From Candidatus Latescibacterota bacterium (GTDB taxonomy: Bacteria > Latescibacterota > UBA2968 > GCA-2709665), in assembly GCA_965222075.1 (NCBI GenBank), contig OZ244937.1, positions 3,584,001-3,648,000 on the forward strand: 64,000 bases of DNA. Reading direction: 5' to 3'. Shown one piece after another: positions 60,321 through 64,000 of the stretch. A program made the position numbers and the translations under genes. Each line of letters starts with the position of its first letter. The stretch's first letter is position 1. The notes under the pieces are model-generated. The model did not search any database. It was given only the letters and a program-made list of their open reading frames with translations, and was not told the DNA's origin.

Positions 60321-60563
60321 ATGTTCAAGGAACATGAGCAGATCGTTCTGACCGCCGACGTTCTGGGCGATGAGGGAGAGGAATTGAAGCCGGGAGACGC
60401 CGGCACCGTCATCCACGTCCATCCCGCTAACGCAGCCGTTGTTGTGGAGTTCATGTCCCTGGATGGCGACACCGTGGCCATCGCGACCGTGCTGCCGTCA
60501 CAGGCGCGTCCGGTAACGAGCGCGGACATCACCCACGCGAGGACGGTTCCGGAAGCTGTCTGA
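60321..60563 (+). CDS. DUF4926-like (SH3-fold) protein
   Basis: IVLTADV..LKPGDAGTVIHVH..VEFMSLDGDTVAIATV. Confidence 0.8.
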   Translation: MFKEHEQIVLTADVLGDEGEELKPGDAGTVIHVHPANAAVVVEFMSLDGDTVAIATVLPSQARPVTSADITHARTVPEAV

Positions 60564-60828
60564 TGTTCCGCCCTGTCCGCCGGTAAGCCGATAGAGAATT
60601 GGGGATGGGACGCCAGATCTCAACCCTGACTCTGGTCGATTGTGAAAAGTGTATCCTGCGCGAGGCCAGAGACGGTTTTGGCGACCTTCCGGAGTACTAC
60701 CCGTGCCCGCGAGACCAGGCAATCGAAGCGTCTCGGCGGGTCGGAGACGCTGGAGTTCACGGAGCGGCTGGAGTTGGAGATGCCGCAGTGTCTGCCCCGC
60801 ATCGCCCGTTTCAGGGGACCCGACCGGT

Positions 60829-63780
60829 ATGACTGAACTCAACATAACTGAAGCAGGCATCGTCCAGTTCCCCATGGTCCGCCACGCGGCCGAGATCGGG
60901 TGGACTCCGATCTCGCCGCAGGCAGCGATGCGCAAGCGCGGCGGCGAGACCGGGATGTTGTTCCGGGACGAGCTGGAAGGAGCACTCGGGCGGTTCAACC
61001 CCTGGATGACGGACGAGGCCATCCGCTCCGTGGTCGAGCGGCTCGAAGCGGTCCCGGCGACGATTGAGGGCAACCGCGAGATGCTTTCCTGGCTGCGCGG
61101 CGAGCGGCAATGGTACGACGAGGTCGAGAGCCGCCATCGGCACGTTCAGATCGTCGATTTCGATCGGTCAGCCGAGAACGTCTTTTATGTCACCTGGGAA
61201 TGGAGACTCAAGCCTCCTGCTCGCAAGGGCAACCGGGCCGATGTGATGTTTGTCGTCAATGGCGTACCGGTCGCCATCGTCGAGCACAAGAATCCCAAAG
61301 ACCGCAACGCCATCGAACGAGCCGTCACGCAGCTCAAGCGCTACGAGCAGGAGACGCCCGAGCTGATGGGCGCGGCGCAGCTCTTCAACGTCACGCACCT
61401 CCTTGACTACTGGTATGGTGTGACCTGGAACGCCAACCGGCGTTTCATGGCGCGCTGGAAGGAACGCCCGGAAGAGAGCTACCGCTTCGTGGTCCAGTCG
61501 TTCTTTGAGCCGACGGACTTCCTGCGCACACTGCGGGACTGGATCCTTTTCTACGTCGAAGACGGCGAGACGCGGAAATCCGTGCTGCGCCAGCACCAGC
61601 GCCGCGCGGTCGACCGCATCGTGGAGCGCTGCGCCGAGCCGGCGAAGCGGCGCGGGCTCATCTGGCATACGCAGGGCTCCGGCAAGACCTTTACCCTGCT
61701 CACCGCCGCGCGTTTGGTCCTGGAACGCAAGGATCAGTTCCGCACACCGACGGTGGTCGTGGTTGTGGATCGGACGGAAATCGAAGGACAGCTCAAGGGC
61801 TGGGTTGAAAGGCTCTTGGGCGAGATGCAGCAGCAGGACATTGCGGTCTGGCGGGCGAACTCCAGGTCCGAGATGCAGGAACTGCTCAAGACCGACAAAC
61901 GTGGCCTGATTATCTCGATGATCCACAAGTTCGAGGGGATCGATAGGGACGCGAGCACCCGCGACAACATCTACGTCTTCATCGACGAAGCACACCGCTC
62001 GGTCGCCAGGGAGCTCGGCACCTACATGATGGCGGCGGTGCCGAATGCCACCATCATCGGTTTCACCGGCACGCCGATCGCCAGGACCGACCAGGGCGAG
62101 GGCACGTTCAAGATTTTCGGCGTTGATGACGAGTTGGGCTATCTCGACAAGTACTCCATCGCCGAGTCGATCGAGGACGAAACAACGCTGCCGCTCCGCC
62201 ACACCATGGCGCCGAGCGAGATGACGGTGCCGGCCGAGCGGCTCGACAAGGAGTTCTTTGAACTGGCCGAGGCCGAAGGCGTTACCGACGTCGACGAGCT
62301 CAACAGGATCCTCGATCGAGCGGTCGGCCTGCGTACCTTCCTGGCCGCTGACGACCGGATCGAGAAGGTCGCCGCGTTCGTCGCCGAACACTTCAAGGAG
62401 AACGTGGCGCCGCTCGGGTACAAGGCATTTCTTGTGGGCGTGAACCGTGAGGCTTGTGCCAAATACAAGCGCGCGCTGGACAGGCTTCTGCCGCCCGAGT
62501 GGTCGGAGGCCGTCTACACCAAAAACGCGGCCGATGTCATTGACCGTCCGCTCGTCGCGGAGTTGCAGCTATCGACGAAACGCGAGGAGGACGTGCGCCT
62601 CACGTTCAAGAAGGCGGATGAGAATCCGAAGCTCCTCATTGTCACCGACAAGCTGCTGACGGGCTATGACGCGTCGCTTCTCTACTGCATGTATCTCGAC
62701 AAGCCCATGCGGGACCATGTACTCCTGCAGGCGATCGCGCGTGTGAACCGCCCTCACGTGGACGCGAACGGCGTCCGCAAGCGCATTGGCCTCGTCGTCG
62801 ACTTCGTGGGTGTGCTGCGCGAATTGAAAAAGGCATTGCGGTTCGACTCGACCGATGTCAGCGGCGTGATCGAGGATCTCGATCTTCTTCTCAAGGACTG
62901 TCTGGACAAGATCGATCGGGCGAAAATGGAATACCTTGGCGACGAGGGGAGCGGCGGCGCGGACGAGCGCCTGGAGAAGATTGTCTACGGCCGCTTCCTG
63001 GATCCGGAGTCGCGCAAGGCGTTCTGCGAAGCCTACAAAGAGATCGAGGCGCTTTGGGAGATCCTGTCGCCCTCGCCGGAACTGCGCGACCACATGGATA
63101 CGTTTAAGCGGCTGGCGGGACTCTACGCCGTTGTCCTGAACGCTTATAAGGGTAAAGTCACGTACGAGGAGGCTCTCGGACGCAAGACGCACGGGATGGT
63201 GCAGGATAGCGCTACCCAGGAAGGCCTTGGAGACCTGATCAAAACAGTGACGTTCGACGTGAGCACCGTCCAAGCGCTTCGAGGCGAGCCGGGCTCCGAC
63301 GAGGCCAAGGTTTTCAACCTGGTGCGGGGCCTGCGGGCCGAGGTCGAAGGCGAGCCGGACAAGGCACCCGTGCTTCGACCGCTCAAGGATCGCGCCGAGC
63401 GCATCCTGGAGGACCTTCAGAACCGCAACACGACCAGCCTCGTCGCGATGGACCAACTGGCGACGCTGGCGAAAGAGAAAGAAGAGGCAGTCAAAGCCGC
63501 GAAAGACAGCGGTCTGTCCACCCGTGCATTCGGTGTGTACTGGACGCTCAAGGAGGCGGAGGCGCTCAGGGCCGTCGGTATTGCTGCCACAAAACTGGCG
63601 CAGGAAGCGGAAACGCTCCTCGCCCGCTTCCCGAACGCAACTCTAAACGCCGACGAACAGCGGAGGCTTCGAGCCGCTCTTTATCGGCCTCTTCTCGGTG
63701 TTGACGGAGATGAACGCGCCCGAATCGTCGAGACCATACTCGAAATTCTGCTGGATACTGACACAGATGCACGTTCATGA
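60829..63780 (+). CDS. hsdR: Type I R-M restriction subunit
   Basis: [18 protein letters not shown] nuclease motif, [32 protein letters not shown]. Start ATG 60829. Confidence 0.95.
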   Translation: MTELNITEAGIVQFPMVRHAAEIGWTPISPQAAMRKRGGETGMLFRDELEGALGRFNPWMTDEAIRSVVERLEAVPATIEGNREMLSWLRGERQWYDEVESRHRHVQIVDFDRSAENVFYVTWEWRLKPPARKGNRADVMFVVNGVPVAIVEHKNPKDRNAIERAVTQLKRYEQETPELMGAAQLFNVTHLLDYWYGVTWNANRRFMARWKERPEESYRFVVQSFFEPTDFLRTLRDWILFYVEDGETRKSVLRQHQRRAVDRIVERCAEPAKRRGLIWHTQGSGKTFTLLTAARLVLERKDQFRTPTVVVVVDRTEIEGQLKGWVERLLGEMQQQDIAVWRANSRSEMQELLKTDKRGLIISMIHKFEGIDRDASTRDNIYVFIDEAHRSVARELGTYMMAAVPNATIIGFTGTPIARTDQGEGTFKIFGVDDELGYLDKYSIAESIEDETTLPLRHTMAPSEMTVPAERLDKEFFELAEAEGVTDVDELNRILDRAVGLRTFLAADDRIEKVAAFVAEHFKENVAPLGYKAFLVGVNREACAKYKRALDRLLPPEWSEAVYTKNAADVIDRPLVAELQLSTKREEDVRLTFKKADENPKLLIVTDKLLTGYDASLLYCMYLDKPMRDHVLLQAIARVNRPHVDANGVRKRIGLVVDFVGVLRELKKALRFDSTDVSGVIEDLDLLLKDCLDKIDRAKMEYLGDEGSGGADERLEKIVYGRFLDPESRKAFCEAYKEIEALWEILSPSPELRDHMDTFKRLAGLYAVVLNAYKGKVTYEEALGRKTHGMVQDSATQEGLGDLIKTVTFDVSTVQALRGEPGSDEAKVFNLVRGLRAEVEGEPDKAPVLRPLKDRAERILEDLQNRNTTSLVAMDQLATLAKEKEEAVKAAKDSGLSTRAFGVYWTLKEAEALRAVGIAATKLAQEAETLLARFPNATLNADEQRRLRAALYRPLLGVDGDERARIVETILEILLDTDTDARS

Positions 63781-64000
63781 GGAAAGGCGCTGCGTCATTC
63801 GCAATCGCGTTGATTATTGGGCGCAGCGGACTCGGTGTTCTCCCAAGGGTTGTTCGCGTTCAACACATGACCCGGAAATGGGGCTCCTGCTCGACATCGG
63901 GGGTCATCACACTCGCCATCGATCTGGCCGATCAGGAACCGGGGTTTCGGGACTTCGTCATCGCGCACGAGCTGTTGCACCTGCGCATTCCCAACCACGG
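63767..64000 (+). pseudogene. M48/YgjP-like metal-dependent hydrolase, partial, apparent +1 frameshift at 63830
   Basis: [10 protein letters not shown], then in the next frame [36 protein letters not shown] (HExxH). Confidence 0.8.

Noticed and set aside
60599-60836. Small ORFs before hsdR as real genes
   Set aside because: Competing short frames with no coherent family signal apart from the ETLEF relic.

Overview
GC-rich bacterial chromosome segment. Its gene content (four PhyH dioxygenases, Gfo/Idh/MocA oxidoreductases, enolase-superfamily enzymes, glycoside hydrolase/lyase-like genes) resembles Latescibacterota/Poribacteria-type heterotrophs; that assignment is an inference. The first ~41 kb hold catabolic and housekeeping genes (truC-like, yhbY, frameshifted FKBP, ppk2, pyrE, pyrB with a probable leader-peptide attenuator, cutA) separated by many short gene stubs. 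About 41.6-50.3 kb holds a TonB receptor, a polyamine-type ABC transporter and a PhyH gene. About 50.3-64 kb is a mobile/defence island with an intact ISKra4-like IS, a structured repeat-flanked element and a type I R-M locus. That locus carries an HTH-fused HsdM, a clan-AA protease, HsdS, a DUF2971-like gene, two more IS elements, a DUF6883/DUF4926-like pair, HsdR and an M48 hydrolase. The most striking signal is a 25-27 bp palindromic element (CCTGCCTGTGCGTCGCACGCAGACAGG) found four times inside coding sequences. It always sits 3' of CC(C/G)A with no target duplication, and removing it exactly leaves an intact reading frame at all four sites and restores family-like motifs in the transposases. 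No rRNA, tRNA or CRISPR array was seen.
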